Positions 47,242 to 56,291 of a stretch of DNA of 64,000 bases are shown piece by piece. The DNA is from an uncultured Candidatus Binatia bacterium (GTDB lineage: Bacteria; Desulfobacterota; Binatia; UBA9968; JAJDTQ01): the NCBI GenBank assembly GCA_965213675.1, contig OZ243916.1:672001-736000 (forward strand), in the 5' to 3' direction. The translations under genes and the position numbers were made by a program. A model generated the notes under the pieces. The model made no database searches. It was given only the letters and a program-made list of their open reading frames with translations, and was not told the DNA's origin. How positions within the stretch are numbered: the first letter of the stretch is position 1; every line of letters starts with the position of its first letter.

Positions 47242-48822
47242 TCACGTCAGAGCAAGGTCCTCACGCAATACGCTCCAGGCTGCCCGCCCGGAGCCGGCGA
47301 TGACGGCGTCCGCGGGATGCGTGGCCGCGCCCACCTGGTAGAGCCCCTGAATGGGTGTGCGGTATTGCGCCAATTGCGGGATGGGGCGCTGATCGCCCAT
47401 CTGGTCCGGAGTCTTTCGGGCCACCCATATCGAGCCCTGGCGCATGTTCTGCCAGCGGCCCGACAAGTAGTGCGGGTCCATGGGCACCTTCATGACGATG
47501 TTGTCGTCGGTAAGGTTGGTGGCGACTTCGCGCAGCCTTGACAACACCCGCTCCATGAAGCCTTCCTTGAGACACACCCAGTCCTCGGGCTGATGGCCCT
47601 GGATCTGGTACGGAACCGGCATGAACACCGACGCCGTGTGCTTGGCCGGCGGGGCCTGCAGCGCGTCGAACCAAGTGGGGCAGGTGACGTGCAGGCACGG
47701 ATGTTCGGGGAACTCGCCGGCGCGGATCTCGCGCCACATGGCCTGAAGGTCCGCCACGGAACGCGGGCCGTAGTTGACGTTCATGGCCTGGCCCACGAAG
47801 CCGTCGGCCGCCTCGTGCACGGCGAAACGCAAGGGCGCCTTGAGGGCGAGATGCACCTGGAAGTAGGAGAACTCGTCGGGCTCGATGGCGCGTACCGCCC
47901 GTGCGAAGCCGCCGTCCAGGTGCTCTTCACCTACCATGTCGATGAGCGTGCCGTGGGGATCCACATTGGACACCACGGCCCGGCGCGCCTTCCATTCGCG
48001 TCCGTCGCGCAGGCGCACACCCACGGCGCGGCCGTCCTCCACCAGAATCTTGTCCACGTGGTGCAGCGCGCGGATCTGGCCGCCGTGCATGACGTAGGCG
48101 CGTTGCAGCACCTGGGCGATGGAGTGGGAGCCGCCGCGGGCGAGTTGCGGCCGTTCGTCGCCGGCAATCAGCGCCAGCACCTCGCGCCCACCGCCCTCGT
48201 AGTCCAGTGCCCAGCCCCTGGGGATGGCCATCTGCGACAGGACCAGGGTGCGCACCGCCTCGCTTTCGAACAGGTGTTCCGCCGCCCCCGCGGCGCTCAT
48301 GCGCGCGATGCGCAGAAACTCCTCGCCGACGGGGTCCGCGGCGATGCGTTCGTCAAGGGCCTCCGGGGCCTCGGGCGGGGCATAGTACGACGGGATCACG
48401 ATGTCCCGGACGATGCCGCGAAACCGCTGGTGCGCATCCTTCCAGGCGGCCCGGTCCGCGGCGGAGTGGTGCGCCAGCGAAGCCAGCGTGCCGTCCAGGT
48501 CCTGGTGGTGCGACACGGAAGCGCCTTCCGGCAGCAGCAGCGTGCTGATGACCGGTGGCGTCACGAACTCGGCATGGTGTCCGTTCTCCCAGTCGAGTTC
48601 CCGCCACACCGGCGAGATCTCCCGGTTGTCCTGGAAGTAGGCGAGGCTGTTGTGCCAGTAGCCCGGCAGGGTGATCTCTTCGGAGAAGAGCCGCCCGCCG
48701 TTCTCCAGCCGGCTCTCGCAGATGACCGTCTCGAGGCCGGCCATGCCCAGGTAGGTGCCCAGCGCGAAGTTGTTCTGCCCCGCCCCGATGAGGATGACGT
48801 CCCAGTTTTCGTCTACGGCCAT
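47242..48822 (-). CDS. Phytoene-dehydrogenase-like NAD(P)/FAD-dependent oxidoreductase (divergent paralogue)
   Basis: Start MAVDENWD; IGAGQNN, YRTPIQGLYQVGAATHP. Confidence 0.85.
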   Translation of the reverse strand: MAVDENWDVILIGAGQNNFALGTYLGMAGLETVICESRLENGGRLFSEEITLPGYWHNSLAYFQDNREISPVWRELDWENGHHAEFVTPPVISTLLLPEGASVSHHQDLDGTLASLAHHSAADRAAWKDAHQRFRGIVRDIVIPSYYAPPEAPEALDERIAADPVGEEFLRIARMSAAGAAEHLFESEAVRTLVLSQMAIPRGWALDYEGGGREVLALIAGDERPQLARGGSHSIAQVLQRAYVMHGGQIRALHHVDKILVEDGRAVGVRLRDGREWKARRAVVSNVDPHGTLIDMVGEEHLDGGFARAVRAIEPDEFSYFQVHLALKAPLRFAVHEAADGFVGQAMNVNYGPRSVADLQAMWREIRAGEFPEHPCLHVTCPTWFDALQAPPAKHTASVFMPVPYQIQGHQPEDWVCLKEGFMERVLSRLREVATNLTDDNIVMKVPMDPHYLSGRWQNMRQGSIWVARKTPDQMGDQRPIPQLAQYRTPIQGLYQVGAATHPADAVIAGSGRAAWSVLREDLALT

Positions 48823-48841
48823 GGATGATGTTCCTCTTGGG

Positions 48842-49020
48842 CCAGTATCACGCGCCGCAAGTTCGTTGGATGAGTTCCCGGGATGTCTTCCTGGCTTGCC
48901 GCGGGCTGCGTAGCTCTTGCTCGCGCGGGGATCGCCGGTCGCCACGGCAAGTCATTGCGCCTCGCCAGCGACAAGGCCTCCAGGCAACAAGTCGCGGTCC
49001 GTTGCGGGACAGGACCCCAA
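48842..49020. repeat. Decayed relative of MITE family A
   Basis: ggctgcgtagctcttgctcgcg and gtcattgcgcctcgcc resemble the MITE A interior; residual ccgcaa/ttgcgg inverted ends. Confidence 0.5.
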
Positions 49021-49039
49021 GTCCTCCGGACGCATGGCG

Positions 49040-49903
49040 TCAGCCTGATTGCGCCGCCGCCTGCTCCAGCGCCCGGCGCACGAAGACGGCGGTCAGCTCG
49101 CGCTTGTAGTCGGACGAGCCGCGCACATCCTCGATGGGGTCGGCGGCGTCCGCGGCCGCGGCGGCGGCTTCCTCGATGCGCGCGGCGGTGAGCTCCCGGC
49201 CGCGCAGTGCGTCTTCGGCGGCGCGGGCGCGGAAGATGGTGGGGGCGACGGAGTTGAGGGCTATGCGCACGTCGTCGCAGCGGTGGCCCTCGCCGGTCAG
49301 GGTCACGGCCACGCCCACGGTGGCGAAGTCCTCCTCGCTGCGCGGGGTGAACTTGATGTGGGACCAAGCCGGGCCGGCGGGCGGCGGCACGTGGACCGAC
49401 GTGAGGATCTCGTCGGGCTCCAGGGCGGTCTCGTAGTAGTCCACGAAAAAGTCTTCCACCGGCAGGGTGCGCTCGCCGCGGCTGCTGCGCAGCGTCACTT
49501 CGGCATCCAGGGCCATGAAGCTCGCGCCGGGATCGGTCATGGGATCGCCGTGGCTCAAGTTGCCGCCCACGGTGGCCATGAGGCGGATGCGCGGTTGCGC
49601 CACCTTGTAGAAGGTCTCCCGGAGCAGGGGATAGTGTTCCTGGACTTCCGGGCACAACTCCAGTTCCCGATGCTTCACGCCGGCGCCGATGCGAAGGCCG
49701 CTGGACGGATCCCAGGTGATGCCGTCAAGTCCGGGCACGTTCTCCATGTCGATGACGTAACCGGGGCTCAAGAGTCCCATGCGCAGCCACATCACCAAGG
49801 CGGTGCCGCCGGCCAGCAGCTTGGCATCGCCTTCGTGTTCCTGAAGCAGCGCGCAGGCCTCGTCGAGGCTCGTGGGCGCAAGATATTCGAACTTGGCGCG
49901 CAT
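49040..49903 (-). CDS. Xanthine dehydrogenase/CODH-family FAD-binding (medium) subunit
   Basis: Start MRAKFEYLAP; LAGGT, ATVGGN, DVRGSSDYK; no HcrB-type Cys insert. Confidence 0.9.
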   Translation of the reverse strand: MRAKFEYLAPTSLDEACALLQEHEGDAKLLAGGTALVMWLRMGLLSPGYVIDMENVPGLDGITWDPSSGLRIGAGVKHRELELCPEVQEHYPLLRETFYKVAQPRIRLMATVGGNLSHGDPMTDPGASFMALDAEVTLRSSRGERTLPVEDFFVDYYETALEPDEILTSVHVPPPAGPAWSHIKFTPRSEEDFATVGVAVTLTGEGHRCDDVRIALNSVAPTIFRARAAEDALRGRELTAARIEEAAAAAADAADPIEDVRGSSDYKRELTAVFVRRALEQAAAQSG

Positions 49904-49907
49904 GATG

Positions 49908-52196
49908 TCAGCTCCCGTTCTTCTTCTTTTCCTTAAGGGCGCGCAGCACCTTTTCCGCCGTGATGGGGAGGGTCCGGATGCGCACGCCCACGGCGTCGTA
50001 GATGGCGTTGCTGATGATGGCGGCCACCGGATCCATGCCCAGTTCACCCAGGCCCTTGGCGCCGAAGGGTCCGGTGGGTTCGTAGGAATCGGCGAACTCG
50101 TGCACCAGTTCGGGCATGTCGCGCATGGAGGCCAGCCGGTAGTCGCTGAAGTTGGGGTTCACCGGGCGGCCTTCCTCCATGCGGATGCCCTCGATGAGCG
50201 CGTAGCCCAGCCCCTGGGCGATGGAACCTTCCACCTGGCCCTCGGCGCCGACGCGGTAGATGACCGTGCCGCAGTCCGACGCCACCGCATACTGGATCAC
50301 TTTGACGTGGCCGGTGTCCGGGTCCACTTCCACCTCTGCCGCTTGGCAGCCGAAGTTGTACGCGCCGGACTCGTTGCCGTAGCGCAGAGCATCCTGGCTC
50401 ACGGAATCGGCGTCGAAGCTGCCGGATGCCACCACCGGCGCGCCGCCGCGCCGGAACTGCCGCCCGCGCACCACGTCGGCCACGCTGATGGAGCGTTGCT
50501 CGGCGCCCTTGACGAAGATCATGCCGTCCCGCGACACCAAGTCTCCGGGGTCGCACTCCAGCATTTCCGCGGCGGTCTCGTGCAGGATCTCCTTGACCGC
50601 GGTGGCGGCATTCTTCACCGCGTTGCCGGCGACGTAGGTGAGGCGGCTGGCGTAGTTGCCGAGGCAGAAGGTGGTGAGGTCGGTGTCGGCCTCGGAAATG
50701 CCCACGTCGGAGAAGGGGAGGCCCAATTCCTCGGCGGCGATCTGGCACATGGCGGTCCAGTGCCCCTGTCCGGTCTCGCCCTCGCCGCTCAGGATGAAGG
50801 CCTTGCCATCCTCGTTCATCTTGATGGTGGCGGAGCTGCCGTCGTAGTCGCCGAAGTGGCGCTTGCCGCTTACGTGCACGGTGCAGCCCATGCCGAGGCC
50901 GCGCAGAGGCTTCCGGTTGGCGCGCTTCTCCTTCCACCCGATCATGCGCTCGGTGCGGTCGATGCACTGCTTCAACTCGCAGCTTATGACGCGGTTGCCG
51001 TGGGGGGAGACGTAGCCTTCCTCGGCGGCGTTGAGGCGCGCCATCTCGAAGGGGTCCATGCCCAGCTCGTCCGCGGCGATGTCCATCATCTGCTCCACGG
51101 AGAACTCGGCCGACGGGTTGCCGAAGCCCCGGAAGGCGCCGGTGGGAATCTTGTTGGTGTACACCAGGTAGGCTTCGGAACGCACATCAGAGTACTTGTA
51201 GCAGGTGTCATGGCGCAGGGCGGCCACGCCGGTGATGGCCGGTGCCTTGCCGCTGTACGCGCCATTGTCGGCGATGATGCGCATGTGCTTGGCGCGGATG
51301 CGGCCGTCCTTCTTGAAGCCCATGCGCACCCACACCTTCATGTTGACCCGCGGCCGGCTGCCGGCCAGGAATTCCTCCTCCCGGCTGTTGATGATCTTCA
51401 CCGGACGGCGCGCCTTGCGCGCCAGGATGGCCGCCACCATGGCATTGTTGTCGTCGCAGGACTTGCCGCCGAAGCCGCCGCCCACCGCGGTCTGGATGAC
51501 GCGCACGTCGGCTTCCCGCACGCCCATGGCCACGGCCAGGCGCATGCGCGCCATGAACAGGGTCTGGGTGTTCATGTACACCGTGTACTTGCCGTTGGCC
51601 GAGTAGTCAGCGACGCTGCCGATGGTCTCGATGGCCGCATGCCATTGAGGCACACTCTCGAAGGTGTCCTCGATGACCAGATCCGAGTCCTTGAACGCGG
51701 CGTCGATGTCGCCCCGCACCACGTCGATGGTGAGGGCGACGTTGTTCTCCTTTTCCTCGTGAATCAGGGGCGCGCCCGGCTCCATGGCCTCCGCGGCATC
51801 GAACACCGCGGGCAGCTCTTCCCAGTCGACGTCGATGAGTTCCAGGGCCTCCTCCGCGGTGTCGCGGTCCACCGCCGCCACCGCGGCCACCTCCTCGCCC
51901 ACGTAGCGCGCCTTGCCCACGGACAGCGGATACTGGTCGGGGAAGAATACCCCCCAGCCCTTCTTGATGGTGTCTTCGGCGGTGACCACGGCCTTGACGC
52001 CGCGGAGCTTCTCCGCCCGGCTGGTGTCGATGTTGCGGATGCGGGCGTGGGGCAGGGGACTTCTCAGGATACGGCCCGTCAACATGCCTGGCAGGAAGAC
52101 GTCGGCCACGTAGGCCGCGCTCCCCGTCACCTTGTCGTAACCCTCGTAGCGGTCGACCTTGCGGCCCAGCACCGCGAAATTCTCTGCCTTGCTCAT
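49908..52196 (-). CDS. Xanthine dehydrogenase-family molybdopterin-binding (large) subunit
   Basis: KVTGSAAY, RSPLPHA, VGGGFGGK, AFRGFG, GQVEG, GAKGLGE. Confidence 0.92.
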   Translation of the reverse strand: MSKAENFAVLGRKVDRYEGYDKVTGSAAYVADVFLPGMLTGRILRSPLPHARIRNIDTSRAEKLRGVKAVVTAEDTIKKGWGVFFPDQYPLSVGKARYVGEEVAAVAAVDRDTAEEALELIDVDWEELPAVFDAAEAMEPGAPLIHEEKENNVALTIDVVRGDIDAAFKDSDLVIEDTFESVPQWHAAIETIGSVADYSANGKYTVYMNTQTLFMARMRLAVAMGVREADVRVIQTAVGGGFGGKSCDDNNAMVAAILARKARRPVKIINSREEEFLAGSRPRVNMKVWVRMGFKKDGRIRAKHMRIIADNGAYSGKAPAITGVAALRHDTCYKYSDVRSEAYLVYTNKIPTGAFRGFGNPSAEFSVEQMMDIAADELGMDPFEMARLNAAEEGYVSPHGNRVISCELKQCIDRTERMIGWKEKRANRKPLRGLGMGCTVHVSGKRHFGDYDGSSATIKMNEDGKAFILSGEGETGQGHWTAMCQIAAEELGLPFSDVGISEADTDLTTFCLGNYASRLTYVAGNAVKNAATAVKEILHETAAEMLECDPGDLVSRDGMIFVKGAEQRSISVADVVRGRQFRRGGAPVVASGSFDADSVSQDALRYGNESGAYNFGCQAAEVEVDPDTGHVKVIQYAVASDCGTVIYRVGAEGQVEGSIAQGLGYALIEGIRMEEGRPVNPNFSDYRLASMRDMPELVHEFADSYEPTGPFGAKGLGELGMDPVAAIISNAIYDAVGVRIRTLPITAEKVLRALKEKKKNGS

Positions 52197-52348
52197 GTTT
52201 CCCTCAAGACGTTTCGTTTCCCTGAAACACGTTTCCGAACGTCAAGCGCGTTCAGCAGGATGCACTCGGATTTTCTCCGGTGGATCACCGGAATGATTCG
52301 CGTATCCCTTTCGCGGCCTGTCCTCGCGCGAAAGGATCCCAAGGCAGA

Positions 52349-52903
52349 CTAATCCGCGGTCTCGCTCTTGTAGGTATCCGACTGGTAGAGGCTCTGTATC
52401 CGGGCTTGACGGGCGGCCTCGCCGGGCTGGCCCTGCTCCACCTTGCCCTCCACCACGGCCATCACCGATTCCAGGATCTTGTAATAGCCGGTGCAGCGGC
52501 ACAGGTTGGCGGACATCCACTCCTTTACCTCGTCGGCGGTGGGGTTGGGGTTCACGTCCAGCAGCGCCTTGGCGGCCATGATCTGGCCGGGGGTGCAGAT
52601 GCCGCACTGAAGTCCGCCGTACTGCACGAAGGCGTGCTGCAACGGATGCATCTCGCCCTCCCGGGCCAAGCCCTCGATGGTCTCGATTTTCTTCCCCTCG
52701 CAGGCCGCCGCCAGGGTGAGGCAACTGCTCACGAGGCGGCCATCCACGATGACGCTGCACGCGCCGCACACGCCGATGCTGCACCCTTCCTTGGTGCCCG
52801 TGAGGCCCACATCCTCGCGCAGGGCCTCCAGCAGCAGGCGGTTGGGCTCGATCTCGACATCGTGCTCCTCGCCATTGACGTTCAAGACCACTTCTCTCTT
52901 CAT
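52349..52903 (-). CDS. Xanthine dehydrogenase/CODH-family (2Fe-2S) small subunit
   Basis: GCSIGVCGACS, QCGICTPG, NLCRCTGY. Confidence 0.93.
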   Translation of the reverse strand: MKREVVLNVNGEEHDVEIEPNRLLLEALREDVGLTGTKEGCSIGVCGACSVIVDGRLVSSCLTLAAACEGKKIETIEGLAREGEMHPLQHAFVQYGGLQCGICTPGQIMAAKALLDVNPNPTADEVKEWMSANLCRCTGYYKILESVMAVVEGKVEQGQPGEAARQARIQSLYQSDTYKSETAD

Positions 52904-53060
52904 GTTTGACCTCTGAAGTTCATGGACTCGGCCGCCTTCATGGATTTGGCCTCGGACCGGTTGAAACCTGCCGAAACAAACCGATCCCGGTATGGACAGG
53001 CGGGCTCGAAACCGGTCGCGACGCCCTTCATGCGGACACGTGCGGGTTGCGGCGCTCCCG

Positions 53061-54716
53061 TTATACCGACCGCCCGGCGTGGGTCTTGCCCCATTCCAGA
53101 CGGATGGACTTGAGGGTCTGGCCTTCGCCCACGTCGACGCGGGTGCCCTGGAGCTTTTTGCCCACTTTCTCGTAATCGCCCTCGGCGGCCATGCGCGCCT
53201 CCTCGTCCAGCTCGTCGGGCCACAGGCCCATGAGGTAGCCGTGCCACGGCTCCTTGAGTTGCAATTCGGGGAGGTCCAGTTCCTTCCACAACTCCACCGC
53301 CCGTTCCATGTAGGGCTTCTTGGGCAGTGACAGGGGCGGCAGGTCGGCCTTGCGAGTGGCGTCGATGAGCAGCGCCGAGTCGGTGCTGTCGTAGCGGCTC
53401 GACGGGTGGCTCACCACCATGCCGATGGGGGTGGCTCCGAAGGGGCGGTTGGGGATGATGGTGACGTCCTTGTGCGGCTGGCAGCGGTGGGTAATGGCCC
53501 AGGTCACGGCCACGGGGTCGCTCACGTTGATGTCCGCGTCCACCGCCACGATGAACTTGCCCACCCGGTCGCCGTACTGAAGCACGGCGTCCATGACCCG
53601 CCGGGGCTCGCCGTCGTCCTTCTTGTCCAACCGGACGGCGACATAGGGGCGCATGTTCACCAGCTCCTCCATCATGTAGACTTCCTTCACCGAATCGAAG
53701 CCCTTGCCGGTGAGGTAGCGGTGCACCAGGGTGCTCATGCCCATGGCCTTGATCTTGGAACTCTCGCTGGGGGTCACCTGGCTGATGATGGAGACCCAGA
53801 TGGGATCTTTCCGGTGCATGACGCAGGTCAGTTCCATCACCGGGCCGATGGTCCGGGGGTCGACGTAACCCATGGACTCGCCGAAGGGGCCTTCCTCTTC
53901 CAGGTAGTTCGTGGGAATGATGCCCTCGAACACCACCTCGGAGGTGGCCGGCACCTCCAGGTCCACGGTCTGGCACTTGACGAGCTGCACCGGGGTGCGG
54001 GCGAGGCCACCGGCCAGGGCCAGTTCGTCCATGTCGGGGGGCACCTTTTGGGTGGCCGTGTACGAGGCCGCGGGCACCGTGCCCACGGCAATGGCCACTT
54101 CCAGTGGAATGCCCCGCTCGCGGCACTTCTCCCAGTGGGCGGACAGGTCCTGAGGCGTGCCCGAATTGGCGCCGCAGCGCAGCGGCGACTTCACCAGCCC
54201 GCGGTAGTTGCCGACGTTGCGCGCGCCGGTTTCGGGGTCCTTGGTGATCCAGTGGCCCGCGGTAATGTACGGTCCGTTGTCGAATCCGGGAGTGGAAATG
54301 GGGATCGGGAAGCGCGCGAAGCCGCCGCTGGCGGCAAGGTCGTCGCCCTTGTGAATGACTTCCATGACCGGACCGCCGGGCACCATGGCCGGCGGGATGG
54401 GGTTTTCCATGGCCTCGATCCAGCGGTCCGGCACCTCTTCCGGCCGGCACTGGAGCCCCAGGCTGTAGATGGCGGTGGAGCCGGAAAGCCCCCCCACCAG
54501 CACCGAGCCGTCATAGCGGCGGCCCTTGGAATCGGTGACGTTCTCGAACAGGAAGGCCTTGCGCTGCTCGTCGGGCAGTCCCCGGAACTGCAGGCGCACC
54601 AGCGGCTGCAGTTCGGTGTCCTTGTTCACTTCCCGGGTGATGCGGATGAGCTTGCCGGCGTCCTCCAGCACCGCGATGAATTCGCGTAGATCTTCGTAGG
54701 GTCGTTGGTTGGCCAT
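53061..54716 (-). CDS. UbiD family (prFMN-dependent) (de)carboxylase
   Basis: Start MANQRPYEDLREFI; DNGPYI, NVGNYR, EEGPFGE, VDADI, IDATRK. Confidence 0.9.
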   Translation of the reverse strand: MANQRPYEDLREFIAVLEDAGKLIRITREVNKDTELQPLVRLQFRGLPDEQRKAFLFENVTDSKGRRYDGSVLVGGLSGSTAIYSLGLQCRPEEVPDRWIEAMENPIPPAMVPGGPVMEVIHKGDDLAASGGFARFPIPISTPGFDNGPYITAGHWITKDPETGARNVGNYRGLVKSPLRCGANSGTPQDLSAHWEKCRERGIPLEVAIAVGTVPAASYTATQKVPPDMDELALAGGLARTPVQLVKCQTVDLEVPATSEVVFEGIIPTNYLEEEGPFGESMGYVDPRTIGPVMELTCVMHRKDPIWVSIISQVTPSESSKIKAMGMSTLVHRYLTGKGFDSVKEVYMMEELVNMRPYVAVRLDKKDDGEPRRVMDAVLQYGDRVGKFIVAVDADINVSDPVAVTWAITHRCQPHKDVTIIPNRPFGATPIGMVVSHPSSRYDSTDSALLIDATRKADLPPLSLPKKPYMERAVELWKELDLPELQLKEPWHGYLMGLWPDELDEEARMAAEGDYEKVGKKLQGTRVDVGEGQTLKSIRLEWGKTHAGRSV

Positions 54717-54792
54717 GGGGTCAGGATTTATGGGTTTTTGGCTATTTACGCAACCCTTGGGCCGGGGCCGCGCCTCTTGCGGCCGGCGCATT

Positions 54793-54820
54793 TTGCAAAT
54801 CCCACGGCGTGGCGTAAGAT
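54793..54820 (+). promoter_or_regulatory. Putative promoter of a (near-)leaderless cysS transcript
   Basis: TTGCAA-16 bp-TAAGAT, 8 nt before the ATG, no SD. Confidence 0.4.
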
Positions 54821-54828
54821 GATCCGAC

Positions 54829-56244
54829 ATGGCTCTTTGCATCACGAACACCATGAGCGGAAGGAAAGAGCCGTTCGTTCCGCTCACGCCGGGCACGGTG
54901 AACCTTTACGTGTGCGGCGTCACGGTCTACGACGAGTGCCACATCGGCCACGCCCGCGCCCTGCTGACCTTCGACGTCATCTACCGTTACCTGCGCTTCC
55001 TGGGGTTCGATTGCCGTTTCGTCCGGAATTTCACCGACGTGGACGACAAGATCATCAACCGGGCCAACCAGGAGGGAATTGCATCCGAGGAGCTGGCGCA
55101 GCGCTACATCGACGCCTTCCACCGGGACGCGGACGCCCTCGGGCTGGCGCACCCGACCGTGGAGCCCCGCGCCACCGAGCACATTGACGGGATGATCGGG
55201 CTCATCGCGGCCCTCGTCCAACGCGGTCATGCCTATCCCGTGGCCGGGGACGTCTATTTCGCGGTGGAGAGCTTCTCCGGGTACGGCAAGCTGTCGCGCC
55301 GGAGCCTCGACGAGATGACCGCGGGCGCGCGCGTCGAAGTGGACGACCGCAAACGCCATCCCATGGATTTTGCTTTGTGGAAGGCCAGCAAGGAAGGGGA
55401 ACCCTCCTGGGAAAGTCCTTGGGGCAGGGGACGCCCGGGCTGGCACATCGAATGCTCGGTCATGAGCACGAAGTATCTGGGCCAGCCCTTCGACATCCAC
55501 GGCGGCGGGCAGGATCTGGTGTTCCCCCATCACGAAAACGAGATCGCGCAGTCCGAGTGCGGCGCCGGCGCGCCCTTCGCGCGTTACTGGATCCACAACG
55601 GTTTCGTCCAGTTGTCGCGCGAGAAGATGTCCAAGTCGTTGGGCAACATCCTCAGCATCCAGGACGTGCTGCGGCGCTTCGATCCGGTGGCGTTGCGCCT
55701 GTACATGCTGACGACCCATTACCGCAATCCCATCGAGTTTTCCGAGGAGGGCCTCGCGGAGGCCCAGCGCACGGTGGCGCGGCTGTACGAGACCGTGAGC
55801 CGGGCGGACCGCCTCGTGGACGCCTCCCCGGGCGGCGCGCCCGAGCCCGGCCCCATGGAATACTTCCAGCGCGAGATGGACGACGACTTCAATACGCCGC
55901 GCGCCCTGGCGGTGGTATTCGAGGAGCTCCGAGCGGTCAACCGCTTGCTGGATCAGGGCCACGCGCGCGCCCTTGCGGGAAGGCGCGACGCGCTGCGCGC
56001 CATGATGGAGGCCCTCGGCCTCATGCAGGCGCCGCCCGAACGTTTCCTGGAGCAACGGCGCCAGAGCGGGCTTTCGCGTCTGGCCCTGTCCGAGGACGAA
56101 ATCCGGTGCATGATCGGGGAGCGCAACGCCGCACGCCGCCGGAAGGACTGGGCGCGGGCCGACGGCATTCGGGATGGGTTGAAGGAAAAGGGGATTCTGT
56201 TGAAAGACGGTCCTTCCGGCACCACCTGGGAATTGGCGGAATGA
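54829..56244 (+). CDS. cysS: Cysteine--tRNA ligase
   Basis: YVCGVTVY, HIGH, GRPGWHIECS, FPHHENE, KMSKS. Confidence 0.97.
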   Translation: MALCITNTMSGRKEPFVPLTPGTVNLYVCGVTVYDECHIGHARALLTFDVIYRYLRFLGFDCRFVRNFTDVDDKIINRANQEGIASEELAQRYIDAFHRDADALGLAHPTVEPRATEHIDGMIGLIAALVQRGHAYPVAGDVYFAVESFSGYGKLSRRSLDEMTAGARVEVDDRKRHPMDFALWKASKEGEPSWESPWGRGRPGWHIECSVMSTKYLGQPFDIHGGGQDLVFPHHENEIAQSECGAGAPFARYWIHNGFVQLSREKMSKSLGNILSIQDVLRRFDPVALRLYMLTTHYRNPIEFSEEGLAEAQRTVARLYETVSRADRLVDASPGGAPEPGPMEYFQREMDDDFNTPRALAVVFEELRAVNRLLDQGHARALAGRRDALRAMMEALGLMQAPPERFLEQRRQSGLSRLALSEDEIRCMIGERNAARRRKDWARADGIRDGLKEKGILLKDGPSGTTWELAE

Positions 56245-56291
56245 GCCCCGACTTGTTCCAGAACACCACTGCTTGCCGTTGATTTAAAGGC

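Noticed and set aside
45482-48822. Carotenoid biosynthesis (crtI/crtO)
   Set aside because: No phytoene synthase or cyclase nearby; context is catabolic.
49040-52903. Aerobic CO dehydrogenase (cox) or 4-hydroxybenzoyl-CoA reductase (hcr)
   Set aside because: No AYxCSFR motif, no cox accessory genes and no HcrB Fe-S insert; left as generic XDH family.
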